DNA of 63,918 nucleotides, filler included, from Octopus bimaculoides (taxonomy: Eukaryota), in the NCBI RefSeq assembly GCF_001194135.2. It is 5 parts of 5 records of this genome, joined end to end, with 100 filler letters (N's around TTAATTAATTAA, not from the genome) between each part and the next. Parts side by side here need not be neighbours in the genome. Positions count along the whole stretch, not along the records: positions 37,074 to 52,026 come from NC_069001.1; positions 52,127 to 61,450 come from NC_068989.1; positions 61,551 to 63,918 come from NC_068988.1; 2 more parts are not named here. One strand, given 5' to 3'. The notes under the pieces are model-generated. The model was not told where the DNA came from, did no database searches, and saw only the letters and a list, made by a program, of their open reading frames with translations. Both the position numbers and the translations under genes were made by a program. Below are positions 48,015-61,837 of this stretch, piece by piece (position 1 is the first letter of the stretch; every line of letters begins with the position of its first letter).

Positions 48015-48300
48015 TGCAATTCTTTGACCAAACTCTCATTTCACAGTGATACCATGACATGCTGAAAGAGCAGTTTTGACCGAATGCTGAACAGCCTGGT
48101 CTTGGATAAGAGAATTGATCTTCATACAAGATGGTGCACTGCCAACTAAACAGTCGCAGTTTGCAATTGGCTGAATGGAAAGTTGCCAGGAAGTCGGACG
48201 AGTTGTTGATCTGCAGCTAGACCAGATCTATTGGCCTGTAATTTCTTTTGTTGGCGATTCGTGAAAAATCAAAGATGTGCTGACCTCATCTAAAATATAT
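48015..48300 (+). mobile_element. Tc1/IS630-type transposase catalytic remnant
   Basis: FFDQTL..YHDMLKEQF..LIFIQDGALP..CNWLNGKLPG..RPDLLACNFFCWRFVKN (QDGAPPH and SPDL.PCDF.LWG motifs). Confidence 0.7.
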
Positions 48301-48457
48301 ATATTATTGCTGCTTTTACTGAGGTCAGAAGCTCATCTGTGTCAGAACACTGTGTTAGAATATCGTAAACATAAAAGAAAGTGAACGGAATTCGGAGGTG
48401 TTTATGTCGAATCCATGTTTAGAGCCTTGCTCAAATTAAAACAAAATTATTCATTAA

Positions 48458-48680
48458 TGCATGGCTCAGTGGTTAGAACATCGGGCTCACAATCATGAGG
48501 TAGCGAGTTCGATTCCTGAACCGGGCTGTGTGTTGTGTTCAAAAAAAGAGACCGATAGAATAAGTACCAGGTTTAGAAAATAAACTGCTAGAGTCGATTC
48601 GTTCAACTAAATATTATTCAAGGCGGTGCCCCAGCATGGCCGCAGTCTAATGACTGAAAGAAATAAAAGATAAAAGATAC
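48458..48680 (+). mobile_element. SINE: family C head joined to a family B-type tail (internal deletion)
   Basis: GCATGGCTCAGTGGTTAGAACATCGGGCTCACAATCATGAGGTAGCGAGTTCGATTCC...GAGACCGATAGAATAAGTACCAGG...TGACTGAAAGAAATAAAAGATAAAAGATA. Confidence 0.8.
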
Positions 48681-48799
48681 CATGCTAAATTTCGTAAATG
48701 TTTTACATATTTTGACAGTACTTTCTATGTCTTGTAGTTTAATCTTTTAATTATTCTAATTAAGCGCGTTCTTTCTGGTTTTATGGAACCCAGCCTCTC

Positions 48800-49200
48800 A
48801 GTGTAGCTGCTGAGGTAATTAGTCATGCATTGAAGGTCTCTAATAATTATAGATAGAAGCCTAAAGCTATAGTCCAAAGGGAGTAACTGCAGCTTTATCA
48901 TCAGTTGTAGATGTTTTCTTTGTCGCTATTCTTTAAGATTATGTCAACATCTGCTGAGCAAGTGATTTCAGCTACGATGCATAGCTTCTTTTCTCTGTGC
49001 TATATCACTATGTCTGATTCCTTCGCTTGCATTTTATTGAAGTCTTCACAGGAGCATTCCATCACTATTCTATCGCATTATGAATGATTACACCCTCTAC
49101 ATCACTGTCGATTCTTATAATTGCCTCCACATGGTTATCCCCTTTCGCGGATTTGTTTGCACGAATATCGTTCTTGCCACGTTATCACACGTTTCAAAGG
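48800..49200 (-). mobile_element. Old RLE-type LINE endonuclease remnant
   Basis: Minus strand ..EKKLCIVAEITCSADVDIILK.. resembles the VEISCPADINISLK motif at 58.97 kb. Confidence 0.5.
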
Positions 49201-49228
49201 CAGATAACATCAGTGATGATATTTTCTA

Positions 49229-49299
<71 letters not shown>

Positions 49300-49309
49300 C
49301 ACTACTACT
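49229..49309. repeat. (CTA)n trinucleotide microsatellite
   Basis: Directly visible. Confidence 0.97.
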
Positions 49310-49371
49310 GATGTGGCTGACATCTCCCAAGATAATTCCACAGAATCTGCTTCGGTCGTTACATCTAAAAT

Positions 49372-50025
49372 CAGTGGTTTTCAACCGGGTCCACATGACC
49401 TTTGGGGGTCCATATAAGATTTTTTTTGTTAAAGTTTATGTACAATAATTTGCTTATATTTCCTTTTTGTATTTGGTTTGCAAGATTCTTTATGTGAATA
49501 CGTGTGTTGGAGCATATTTTATTGTGTCTGGGGAGAGTCATTCTCTTTTAGTGCCTTATTAATTTAACACTCACACACCGATTTCCACTCATTTGTTTAT
49601 TTATTTTTACTAAAATTTTCCTTGCAACTTGCAACCTTTTCAATAGTCGTTGACTCTGTCCGTTAAAAAGAAAAAAAGAAAAACAAGGAACGCAATTTCG
49701 ATAACGGACAGGATCAACGACTATTGAAAAAGTTGCCAGATGTAACGAAAATTTTAGTAAAAATAAATAAATAAATGAGTAGAAATCGAACCGGTGAGTG
49801 TGTTAAATATTAAAGCACAAAAAGAGAATGACCCTCCCTAGAACCAAAACAAATTCTACAATACATAAAATATTTTAATTTTCTTATACAAATTCTAATA
49901 ACATTTAATTATAAAAATACAATAGGATTTCTTTTAAACACCGAATGCTTACAGGGGTCCAGTTGAACAAACTAAAAATCAAAGGGGTCCATAGGCAAAT
50001 TTTAAAATATGGTTGAAAAACTTTG
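49372..50025. mobile_element. Non-autonomous hAT-like element containing a long internal palindrome
   Basis: Ends CAGTGGTTTTCAACC and GGTTGAAAAACTTTG with subterminal GGGGTCC repeats. Inner inverted arms at about 49530-49664 and 49701-49838. No TSD recognisable. Confidence 0.65.
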
Positions 50026-50268
50026 ATCTGTGGCATTTTGTGCATTTGGTATTTTGGGGCTATTTCCTGCTGCTGTATTGCAAATGTATATCGTTCAAAG
50101 CAAGAGCTAATGTCACTGTTTTTAGTCCAAGTTATATTAGTTGAGTCATCAGTGTTGCTGTCCTTTCAAAGGCTTCTGGATATCGAGATATTCACCATAT
50201 TTTGCAGCTTTTCTTCTGATAACCTGCTGCGGTAGGATCACATATATACATATATATATATATGTGAT

Positions 50269-50318
<50 letters not shown>

Positions 50319-51306
50319 NNNNNNNNNNNNNNNNNNNNNNNNNNNNNNNNNNNNNNNNNNNNNNNNNNNNNNNNNNNNNNNNNNNNNNNNNNNNNNNNNN
50401 NNNNNNNNNNNNNNNNNNNNNNNNNNNNNNNNNNNNNNNNNNNNNNNNNNNNNNNNNNNNNNNNNNNNNNNNNNNNNNNNNNNNNNNNNNNNNNNNNNNN
50501 NNNNNNNNNNNNNNNNNNNNNNNNNNNNNNNNNNNNNNNNNNNNNNNNNNNNNNNNNNNNNNNNNNNNNNNNNNNNNNNNNNNNNNNNNNNNNNNNNNNN
50601 NNNNNNNNNNNNNNNNNNNNNNNNNNNNNNNNNNNNNNNNNNNNNNNNNNNNNNNNNNNNNNNNNNNNNNNNNNNNNNNNNNNNNNNNNNNNNNNNNNNN
50701 NNNNNNNNNNNNNNNNNNNNNNNNNNNNNNNNNNNNNNNNNNNNNNNNNNNNNNNNNNNNNNNNNNNNNNNNNNNNNNNNNNNNNNNNNNNNNNNNNNNN
50801 NNNNNNNNNNNNNNNNNNNNNNNNNNNNNNNNNNNNNNNNNNNNNNNNNNNNNNNNNNNNNNNNNNNNNNNNNNNNNNNNNNNNNNNNNNNNNNNNNNNN
50901 NNNNNNNNNNNNNNNNNNNNNNNNNNNNNNNNNNNNNNNNNNNNNNNNNNNNNNNNNNNNNNNNNNNNNNNNNNNNNNNNNNNNNNNNNNNNNNNNNNNN
51001 NNNNNNNNNNNNNNNNNNNNNNNNNNNNNNNNNNNNNNNNNNNNNNNNNNNNNNNNNNNNNNNNNNNNNNNNNNNNNNNNNNNNNNNNNNNNNNNNNNNN
51101 NNNNNNNNNNNNNNNNNNNNNNNNNNNNNNNNNNNNNNNNNNNNNNNNNNNNNNNNNNNNNNNNNNNNNNNNNNNNNNNNNNNCGCGTTACGTTAGCATG
51201 CGCCAAAATGTTGCCGCGCAAACGTACACGCGTATACATACTCACAGCATGCACACACCCTATAAAATAAAGGCATGTGAATACACATACTTAGAAACAT
51301 GCACAG

Positions 51307-51358
<52 letters not shown>

Positions 51359-52126
51359 CATTCGCGCGTTCATGTACATTACAAACGCTCGCGAGAGCAT
51401 GCGACAAAAACGTTGCCGCACACTCATACACACGCATACACGTAGGTATACACTGGCGGGTATGCGCTGGTACACCACCTACAAACACACATACATATAT
51501 ATGAACATGCACACACATACACACACTGTCATGCACCTGCACACACATTAATACCATAACACACACACACATACACACACAATTATCATGCACATGAACA
51601 AAAACGCACATCACTATATACACACACACACACGCACACAGTGTCATACACACGCACACACACTAACATATAACACTCAGACATACACAATCACACATTC
51701 GTATATATAACCATTTATACACACACTCACACACGCACACACACACAACAATTGTTATACACGTGCATACAAGCGCGCATCACTACACATACATACACAG
51801 TCATACACACATACACTATCATCTAACACTCACACATACATATCACACATTCATACATTGCCATACACACACACACATACACACACACACATACACACAC
51901 ACACATACACACACACACACATACAAAAACAAACGCAAGCACACAAGTATATAGAAGCAGCCGTGGCACACTTTCTCTGCGGTCGTTCACCCAACATGCA
52001 TGCTTGCAGTCGCACACATACACACANNNNNNNNNNNNNNNNNNNNNNNNNNNNNNNNNNNNNNNNNNNNTTAATTAATTAANNNNNNNNNNNNNNNNNN
52101 NNNNNNNNNNNNNNNNNNNNNNNNNN

Positions 52127-52167
<41 letters not shown>

Positions 52168-52177
52168 TAATAGTAAC

Positions 52178-52236
<59 letters not shown>

Positions 52237-52494
52237 TGATGATGATGATGATGATGATGACGATGATTTCTTTGTTGGTAAAGATAACAGCAATATTGCG
52301 AAACGTTGATTGATGACATTTTCTTGAGGCCTGAAGACAAGGTTTGGATAACCTTGGTAAGAAGGAACTCCCTCCAGAGCTGGTTGCATTGGAAGCAAGA
52401 AAGACAAAACGCAAACACAAACACAAAAGGAAAAAAGAAAACTTGTTTCATTTGCTTCGAAAGAAAAAAAGAGATTCGATTCTACAATATAACA

Positions 52495-53060
52495 TCGACA
52501 TTTCTTTCTTTCTCTCTTTCATTTCTTTCTTTCTCTCTTTCATTTCTTTCTTTCTCTCTTTCATTTCTTTCTTTCTATCTTTCATTTCTTTCTTTCTCTC
52601 TTTCATTGCTTTCTTTCTCTCTTTCCTTCTTTCTTCCCTCTTTCATTTCTTTCTTTCTCTCTTTCATTGCTTTCCTACTTTCGCTTTCTTCCTTTCAATC
52701 ATTGTTTCTTTATTTCGTTCTTTCTTTCCTTCTTTCTTCCCTCTTTCATTTCTTTCTTTCTCTCTTTCTTTCTTCCTTTCATTCATTATTTTTTTATTTT
52801 GTTTTCTGTCTTTCTTTCCTTCTTTCTTTCTTCCGTCTTTCTTTCTTTCTTTCTTTCTTTCGTTTTATTAACTTCTCCATGTTTTCTTACGTCTTCTTCT
52901 CCACCTCTCTCTTCTTCTCTTTCTCCGTCTCTCCATCTCTCTGTCTATCTCTATCTCTGTCTCTCCCCCTCTCTCCCCCTCTCTCNNNNNNNNNNCCCTC
53001 CCTTTCCTCCACATCTTTCTTTTCCCCTTCTCTTCCCTCTCCCTCTTCCCCCCTCTCTTT
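52495..53060 (+). repeat. About 560-bp pyrimidine-rich tract, (TTTC)n with a 21-bp higher-order unit
   Basis: CTTTCATTTCTTTCTTTCTCT is repeated at 52.50-52.66 kb and grades into (CT)n. Confidence 0.92.
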
Positions 53061-53214
53061 ATCAATACCCTCCTACAGCCAAACCCTTCGTTCTCTCCCC
53101 TTCTCTTACCAATCTCGTTATCTAAAACCTTTACCCCTAAAAACTCCATCCATCCCTAAACGAATCGCTTCGCCCTACATCGACGCTTCTTGCCCTCATT
53201 CTGCGCTTTCAGGG

Positions 53215-53700
53215 CGCCGTGAGGACGAATGATCTAGCGCCTGAGATGTCACCCTCACGATCATAAGATCGTGGTTTCGATTCCCGGATCGGGCCGTGTG
53301 TAGTGTTTTTAAGTAAAGACAAACGAAAAGAGAACCACCTTAATTGTCCCTTCGCCTCAGTCCACTCAGTCGCATGTGAGTAACCCGACGATGGACGAGT
53401 GTCTTGCTTAGAAGGAGGAGACTGTTGTGATCTCGGCCACTTATTCACCATGGAAACCAGGAAACTGGCTATATGAGTCCCGCCACTCAAAACGGTAATC
53501 CTTTACTTGTTTCAGTCATTAGACTGCGACCACGCTGGAGCACCGCCTTCAAGACTTTTAGTCAAACGAATTGTTCCTCGTGCTTTGTTTGTTTGTTTGT
53601 TTCTTTAAGCCTGGTACTTATTCTATCGGTTTCTTTTGCTGAAGTGCTAGATCACGGGAACGTAAACACACCAACACCGGTTGTTCACCACCTTGAAAAC
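53215..53700. mobile_element. SINE family C head (plus) and SINE tail module (minus)
   Basis: GATCGTGGTTTCGATTCCCGGATCGGGCCG B box. GGTACTTATTCTATCGGT..TTTTGCTGAA.TGCTAG is the tail in reverse. Confidence 0.7.
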
Positions 53701-54779
53701 ATAAGGACACAGAAAATGTTATGGCCAGCTGGAAACGTTGTTTCCTAGGGCTAAATAACAGTAGTATTCTTCCCTTTCATGGGACTGTCACATTAAGTTA
53801 ACAACATACTATCACTTTATTGTGCTGTTTCTGCATAAATCTCTCTGAGAGATTTAGAAATGTATTATTTCTAATGCGTCAATTCATAAGTATTTATAAA
53901 TATTAATGATGACCAACTCATCGAATAAGCATTTAAAGCTCCCATGTATCTCTTAGTCTCAACCTCAAGCTACATCTTTTGCTTCCCACTTTTCTCTTCT
54001 TCTTCTTCTTCTTCTTCTTCTTCTTCTTCTTCTTCTTCTTCTTCTTCTTCTTCTTCTTCTTCTTCTTCTTCTTCTTCTCTCTAACATTATCCTCACTCAT
54101 CCGTTTTCTTCATTTCGTTTTCGCTTTTTCGCATCCTCATGTTTGTTTATTTATTTGTTTACACTTTGTTGTTGCTGTGCTACTCATTTGACATTACTTT
54201 AATTTTAATCCTTTTTTCATTCTTATATCCATTTTAATTTCATTTTAATCACCTGCCACATATTATTTCTCATAAAGTCTTTCGTATTCTTAATTTTTTT
54301 TTATACCTGTTCTAACGAATTTTCCTTATCCAAATTTTTAAAATTCTATTCGACTCATCACAATGTTTCTATAATTTCTCATCACGATGAATTGCTTTTA
54401 TCCATCAGAATCTTGTCATTTTAAAAAGTTTCATCCCACTCAGCTTCAAATGTTTATGCGATGAGTTAGTAATCACGAATAAATACATATAAACTAGTGT
54501 ATTGTCCTGACGAGCAGTTGCGTGAAACTCTCTGTGAACTCATATCAGCTTCAATTGGATTTGGAGAGAGTGCAATATGTCGAGGTGGCCACAGTGCATC
54601 TCGTACGATTAATCCTTGGAAGTTAGAATGTGAGGGATCCGCCTCAGTGAAGAGAAGACAATCAAACTGGGGAGAGAGGTCAGTGGCTCACAGTCGTTTT
54701 TCGACTGGCTACACAGGTGTCATAAGACTGCTGGGTTAGATCTGGTCTCACCTAGGGCTACAAAACGCTATAGCCACCT

Positions 54780-54820
54780 CCACCACGACGACTGTGACGA
54801 CGGTGACGGCGACCACCACC

Positions 54821-54852
<32 letters not shown>

Positions 54853-55105
54853 CAGTAGGCATTATAAAACAATATCAATAACAACAACACCAAGAAGAAC
54901 AATATTAACAACAACAACAACAACAACAACANNNNNNNNNNNNNNNNNNNNNNNNNNNNNNNNNNNNNNNNNNNNNNNNNNNNNNNNNNNNNNNNNNNNN
55001 NNNNNNNNNNNNNNNNNNNNNNNNNNNNNNNNNNNNNNNNNNNNNNNNNNNNNNNNNNNNNNNNNNNNNNNNNNNNNNNNNNNNNNTATCATGATCATCA
55101 CCACC

Positions 55106-55137
<32 letters not shown>

Positions 55138-55250
55138 CAGTAGGCATTATAAAACAATATCAATAACAACAACACCAAGAAGAACAATATTAACAACAAC
55201 AACAACAACAACAACAGCTGCAATAAAAACAACAACCACAAAAATCAATA
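54780..55250. repeat. (ACC)n/(AAC)n repeats with a 120-bp segment duplicated across a gap
   Basis: AACAGTAGGCATTATAAAACAATATCAATAACAACAACACCAAGAAGAACAATATT is present on both sides of the N run. Confidence 0.85.
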
Positions 55251-57193
55251 AAAGCAAAAAAATATTCGCAAGAACCAAATCCTTAAGAAGAACAACATCA
55301 ACAATTGATGAGAGTGAAAAAAAAAAGAGAATGAGGAAAAGTAATTAAAATGAATTAAAACAAATAAATAAATTGGAGAAATATAATTACTGCCACTCCC
55401 ACCCCTCCACACCCAGAATAGAAAGAAAGAGAAAAAGAAAATATATAATTAATATAAATACAATAGAAATAAACTAATAAAAAAAAAATTCAAACGAAAA
55501 GTGAAGTTTGAAATAGAATTGCAAAAAAAAAAAAGAAAAGAAAAAAGAAAAGATATTACGAAGACAATGGAATTTTTATGGAAGAAATAGGAAAAATAGA
55601 GAATAATTCTGGACAAATATTAGATTTGCTAAAAAATATTGGATGTTTTTGTATGAGTATGTATGTGTGTATGTGTGTATGTGTGATTGTATGTATGTAT
55701 GTATGTATGTTTGTATGTTTGTATGTATGTTTGTATGCTTGTATGTATGTATGTATGTATGTATGTTTGTATGTATGTATGNNNNNNNNNNNNNNNNNNN
55801 NNNNNNNNNNNNNNNNNNNNNNNNNNNNNNNNNNNNNNNNNNNNNNNNNNNNNNNNNNNNNNNNNNNNNNNNNNNNNNNNNNNNNNNNNNNNNNNNNNNN
55901 NNNNNNNNNNNNNNNNNNNNNNNNNNNNNNNNNNNNNNNNNNNNNNNNNNNNNNNNNNNNNNNNNNNNNNNNNNNNNNNNNNNNNNNNNNNNNNNNNNNN
56001 NNNNNNNNNNNNNNNNNNNNNNNNNNNNNNNNNNNNNNNNNNNNNNNNNNNNNNNNNNNNNNNNNNNNNNNNNNNNNNNNNNNNNNNNNNNNNNNNNNNN
56101 NNNNNNNNNNNNNTTTATTAAAGCTGCAAGATTGTTACAAAAACTGTTACTCAGAGTTTCACGTTTCCGTTCCCGTTCCTCGGACAGTTGTGTGATGAAA
56201 ACAGAATTATAATCGCTTTTGTACATTGTTGTACATGTAATATGGTTGTGATGTAACTCAAATACACGAATAAGCATTTAAATTTGATTGAGCGACTGAT
56301 TTTCAAATTATAACGGTTACCAGTTGTGTATGTTTGAGATGGGGGGTGGGAGTTGAAAGTTTCCAGTAATGAATACATACAATATAAATATTATGATAAG
56401 ATCGAAAAGAAAAAGCATGTTTAGAGCAGGGTGGTGGGGGAGTGTGGAAGCCCAGAAATTAATTAATTAACTAATTAATTGATAATAATTGATTAATATT
56501 GAAGTGGGATCGCGAGACAGGTGTTCAAAAATGAGATAAAAAGAGTGATATTAAAATAAATAAATAGAAAATTCAATAGCGAATATACAGCTTCCAAGTA
56601 AATATACGGAGATAAAAATATAGATAACCCTTCTCCATCTTGTTTAGCACTTATGTCTTCATACATATATAAACAAGTATATATATATATATATATATAT
56701 ATATATNNNNNNNNNNNNNNNNNNNNNNNNNNNNNNNNNNNNNNNNNNNNNNNNNNNNNNNNNNNNNNNNNNNNNNNNNNNNNNNNNNNNNNNNNNNNNN
56801 NNNNNNNNNNNNNNNNNNNNNNNNNNNNNNNNNNNNNNNNNNNNNNNNNNNNNNNNNNNNNNNNNNNNNNNNNNNNNNNNNNNNNNNNNNNNNNNNNNNN
56901 NNNNNNNNNNNNNNNNNNNNNNNNNNNNNNNNNNNNNNNNNNNNNNNNNNNNNNNNNNNNNNNNNNNNNNNNNNNNNNNNNNNNNNNNNNNNNNNNNNNN
57001 NNNNNNNNNNNNNNNNNNNNNNNNNNNNNNNNNNNNNNNNNNNNNNNNNNNNNNNNNNNNNNNNNNNNNNNNNNNNNNNNNNNNNNNNNNNNNNNNNNNN
57101 NNNNNNNNNNNNNNNNNNNNNNNNNNNNNNNNNNNNNNNNNNNNNNNNNNNNNNNNNNNNNNNNNNNNNNNNNNNNNNNNNNNNNGAGAGAGG

Positions 57194-57227
<34 letters not shown>

Positions 57228-57237
57228 GACATACATC

Positions 57238-57285
<48 letters not shown>

Positions 57286-58659
57286 TGTGTATGTATGGAT
57301 GTATGTATGTATACACATATACGCATACATATACATAGTTATATGTGTGTGTGTGTGTGTGTAATGGGATATTTGCAAGCACTAATCTTAGAAACTCGAA
57401 AACCTGCCATGCAAGTTGATGCGAGATCCGAATCTCTTAGGATGGCCCGTTCTTTTTCTGTCCAAGATTAATGCTTATAAATTGCTCATGTATTCATATA
57501 TTCATGCCCTCATATATATATATATATATATATATATGCATATAAATCCAATTATACATACGTATTTCGATCTTAATTGATCTTACCAGTACAATATTGA
57601 ATTTAGATCATTATGGAAATCAGATACATTTTTCAATCAGAATACGTTTTTTATTCTCAAGTTAGAAAGCTTTTGAAATCAGAATGGCATGCAGACAGAC
57701 AGAGGCACACTCACACATACATACATTCATACATGCATACATACATACATACATACATACACACACACATACATACATACATACATACATACATACATAC
57801 ATACATACATACATGCATGCATGCATGCATTCATAGAGACAGATTAATGCTTAAATACATAGATACATAGACATAGCTGGAGAGGTAGCGATAAATTGAT
57901 AGATAGACAGATAGATATATTGATGGATAGAGAGAGAGAGAGAGAGATAGGCAGAGAGAAAACAAGATAATGCTCTTACTATCTTTTATTTGAAAACTGA
58001 ATGTACCTGATTTGAAAAAAAAAAAAGAACTTATCTGAAAAAAGAGAAGAAAGAAAAACGAAGTCTTCCTGATTAAAACATGTATTTGATTTCCAATAAT
58101 TAAAATTCAATAACTTCTATCTGTGTTGTACAAACACACTGCAATCAATATTTGAATGTAGAACGTAAAATAATGCAAGGTAATACACACGCCAAAATAT
58201 ACACAGGAATACATGTGAGGATGCCAATGTTGTTAAGCTCCCTGCAGGTATGTACAGAACGATTATGTTTACCCGAAAGGAGGTGAATTCAGTAATTTAT
58301 GTTTATAGCCCGTTGCTCTTTCATACAAAAGCAGCCACAAAAATTAAATTAACTTCAACTATATTAGATTAAATCCCTGGCCATCTGGTGGTATACGAAA
58401 AAATTCAAATAGAGCATGTGAATTTGCTACAATATCCTTTTTCCTCTTCCTCATCTACGATGAATAAAACCTTTAGATCTGAAGCAGAAAATTGATAACT
58501 CTCTAAATATGAATTATATTTGTACATCCGTAAGCACTTCGTGCGTATATTTTTGCATGTATATTAGATTGGATCATATTACATTATACACACACAACAC
58601 ACATATTATATGCATTTGTATGTATGTATGTCTGTTCAATTTTTAGTTATTATAAATCT

Positions 58660-59410
58660 TCAACTAAGGAGGGAGCTGGTTTCCGACAAATATACAAAGC
58701 TCCATCTTTGGGATGTAGTTAACACAGACGAATTCACTATTGGAACTTGAGAAAAGTCTTGCATATTTTTACTGTTCCACTCACAGATTGCACTTGCCAG
58801 TCGATTTCTCCTTCTGAAAATCCCAGTTTATCCAGATTCTCCTTTAAGCATTTACTAACAAAATCTAGTGCTCCAATTATTATTGGTATGAATATGAATT
58901 CATAGTCTGGATATAGAAGCTGGAGGTTTCGAAGCAGTTGTCCATAGATATCCTCTTTTTCTTTGACTTCCAAAGAGATATTTATATCTGCAGGGCAGCT
59001 AACCTCTATGATGGTACATCCCTATGCCCCTCTGTCCCAAACAGCAACATCCGGTCTGTTATGTTTACATTTGACAGAAGTTTTGATGGGAATAGTCCAC
59101 CAGTATTCCTTGAGTTGGTGTTTATGAATATATTCCATAACAGAGCGATTTTCCAAATTTATTTCAGAGCAGTATTTTTTGCGGATGACATTGTAAATTG
59201 TTTTAGCAACAACATCGTGCTGCATAGGGAGGTAGGACATTTTAGGACAGCTGCTAATCACATGCGTAATGTCTTCCATAGAAACATGGCATAACCTACA
59301 CATGTGGTCGCAGCTTGAGATTACAAGAGCGTCACTGGCTCTCTTGTTCACCAGATATTTTGTGACAATCTTCTATTCCTGGATTGCAAACGCATAGCCT
59401 TCAAAGTGTG
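58660..59410 (-). mobile_element. RLE-encoding non-LTR retrotransposon 3' fragment (CCHC knuckle + PD-(D/E)xK nuclease)
   Basis: CRLCHVSMEDITHVISSC, HDVVAK, KHNRPDVAVWD, EKEDIYGQLL..IPIIIGAL..SVSGTVKICKTFLKFQ*. Frameshifted. Confidence 0.9.
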
Positions 59411-59502
59411 ATGTGATGTAGTGGTCTTGTGTCCAAGAGAGGCTGCGCTTCGTGTCACTTCTACTGTCTTCTTCAAGCTTCCGAGCAACATACCCATGCA
59501 TG

Positions 59503-59624
<122 letters not shown>

Positions 59625-60501
59625 NNNNNNNNNNNNNNNNNNNNNNNNNNNNNNNNNNNNNNNNNNNNNNNNNNNNNNNNNNNNNNNNNNNNNNNNNNNN
59701 NNNNNNNNNNNNNNNNNNNNNNNNNNNNNNNNNNNNNNNNNNNNNNNNNNNNNNNNNNNNNNNNNNNNNNNNNNNNNNNNNNNNNNNNNNNNNNNNNNNN
59801 NNNNNNNNNNNNNNNNNNNNNNNNNNNNNNNNNNNNNNNNNNNNNNNNNNNNNNNNNNNNNNNNNNNNNNNNNNNNNNNNNNNNNNNNNNNNNNNNNNNN
59901 NNNNNNNNNNNNNCCCCTCTCCTTCTGCTCCTGCTCCTCCTTCCCATCATCATTCCTTTCGTCATCGTCTTCTTCATCATTAGCGGTTTGTTCAATTAAC
60001 ACAAATCTAGTGCTTAGCAACAACAATAACATCTCCTTCATATTAATAATATTAATGATGACGATGGTAATGCTGCTGCTGATGGTGTAGGTGGTGATGA
60101 CGACGACGACGACGACGACGATAAATAGTAATTATTTCACTTCATCATAAGTTCCAATCATTTCTATAGAATGTGACAAAGTTGGTTGTTGTTTCCATCA
60201 ATAAGCCATTTCTTTCTTCTGTGGAATCTAAACTACCATTTTCTTATTGTCGTTCATATTGGGAAGAATTTATGAAATCTTTACAATTCTTCACCCACGC
60301 AATTCCATTGTCTTCGTACAAGCGATACCTTGCAATTAATTATTAAAGACGAAATTTTCACACCTGGCTACAAGCTCTCAACAGATTTTGCGTGGGCGGA
60401 GATTATGGGAGTTGATCTGTGTGAATTATAGCCTCGTATGCTAACATGTGTGTGTGCGTGCGAGCGTATATTTGCGCGCGCGCGCGTATGCATGTATGCG
60501 A

Positions 60502-60571
<70 letters not shown>

Positions 60572-61550
60572 GTATGTATATTTATGTAAATAAATAAATA
60601 AATATATATATACTTATATAAATATATATTATACTATATGTTACATATAATTATATATACAAGTGTAAAAATATATATATGTTTTTGATATGCGTGTATG
60701 TATATGTATGCGTACGTATGTGCATGTATGTGAGTGTTTCGACCTCTTGCTGAACGTGTGTGTATGTGTGCGTATGTGTGAGTGTGTGCTGTATGAATAA
60801 GTTTTTATCTGTATACCATGTAACTATTGATGAACACGTATATACAAATACTAATTTATAATACATTAATATGCACGAAGGCACAAAACGCATATACGTG
60901 ACTCTAGGCATCTCTATTACGATTATTTATTTACGTGCATATCGTTTTGCATAAAAGTACAATATCATATAGTAATATATATATATATATATGTAATCAT
61001 ACACATATGTCGACAGTGAGCACAAAATAAAGACAACACGGGAGGAAAATGCTTTTAACAAATATTGAATTAGTTTATTGTTTAAAACGAAGGTAAGAAT
61101 CTTGACGTTTTGGATGCCAGTCTTTCATCAGAAAACAATAAAGGAATGAAAAACTGTGGTGGGGATTAAATAAAACGAAAGGGAAAAGGTGTTTGGAAAG
61201 AAAAGGAAAAAGGGCTTCGGAGGTGGTTTATATGTATACGTATCGTGTGAAGTATCTTTTCATAAGGTTCTCCATGCAATTCGGGATTCTATAAAACGAT
61301 TTCAAAGGATTAATAGCATGAAAAATATACATGTTCCCTTTGATTATCTATGATGTGTGTTGAACCCATAAAAACGTGGACAAACACCAGTGCCCGATAA
61401 AGGAAAAATAGCTACAGATAGAACACACACACACACAGAGCAATAGACTGNNNNNNNNNNNNNNNNNNNNNNNNNNNNNNNNNNNNNNNNNNNNTTAATT
61501 AATTAANNNNNNNNNNNNNNNNNNNNNNNNNNNNNNNNNNNNNNNNNNNN

Positions 61551-61835
61551 GGGGGCTCATAGGGTTATGCTCAAGGTGGCTCCCTCATTCGCACGCGCCA
61601 TCCATGCTACATTCACCCATCGTTTTTTGAAGCATTCACTAGACAAGACTTCCCACTTTACTCTCACCTTTCTCTTCAGATGATACTTGAAGAGGTTGAT
61701 GAGAGATTCACTAGAGAGGAAAGTGTTTGTCTCCAGACCTTTGAGATCCCCATCGATGCCAGGTTCCTTAGCTACCCTGTTTACGATGTAGCGCATCAGA
61801 TGGAGGTTGTCATGGATGCTCCGGTCCGGCACGGC
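61551..61835 (-). mobile_element. Tx1/L1-clade LINE fragment with a large internal deletion
   Basis: CAVPDRSIHDNLHLMRYIV..KEPG (RT start) is joined directly to LINLFKYHLKRKVRV..FKKRWVNVA (ORF2 end). Confidence 0.75.
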
Positions 61836-61837
61836 GC

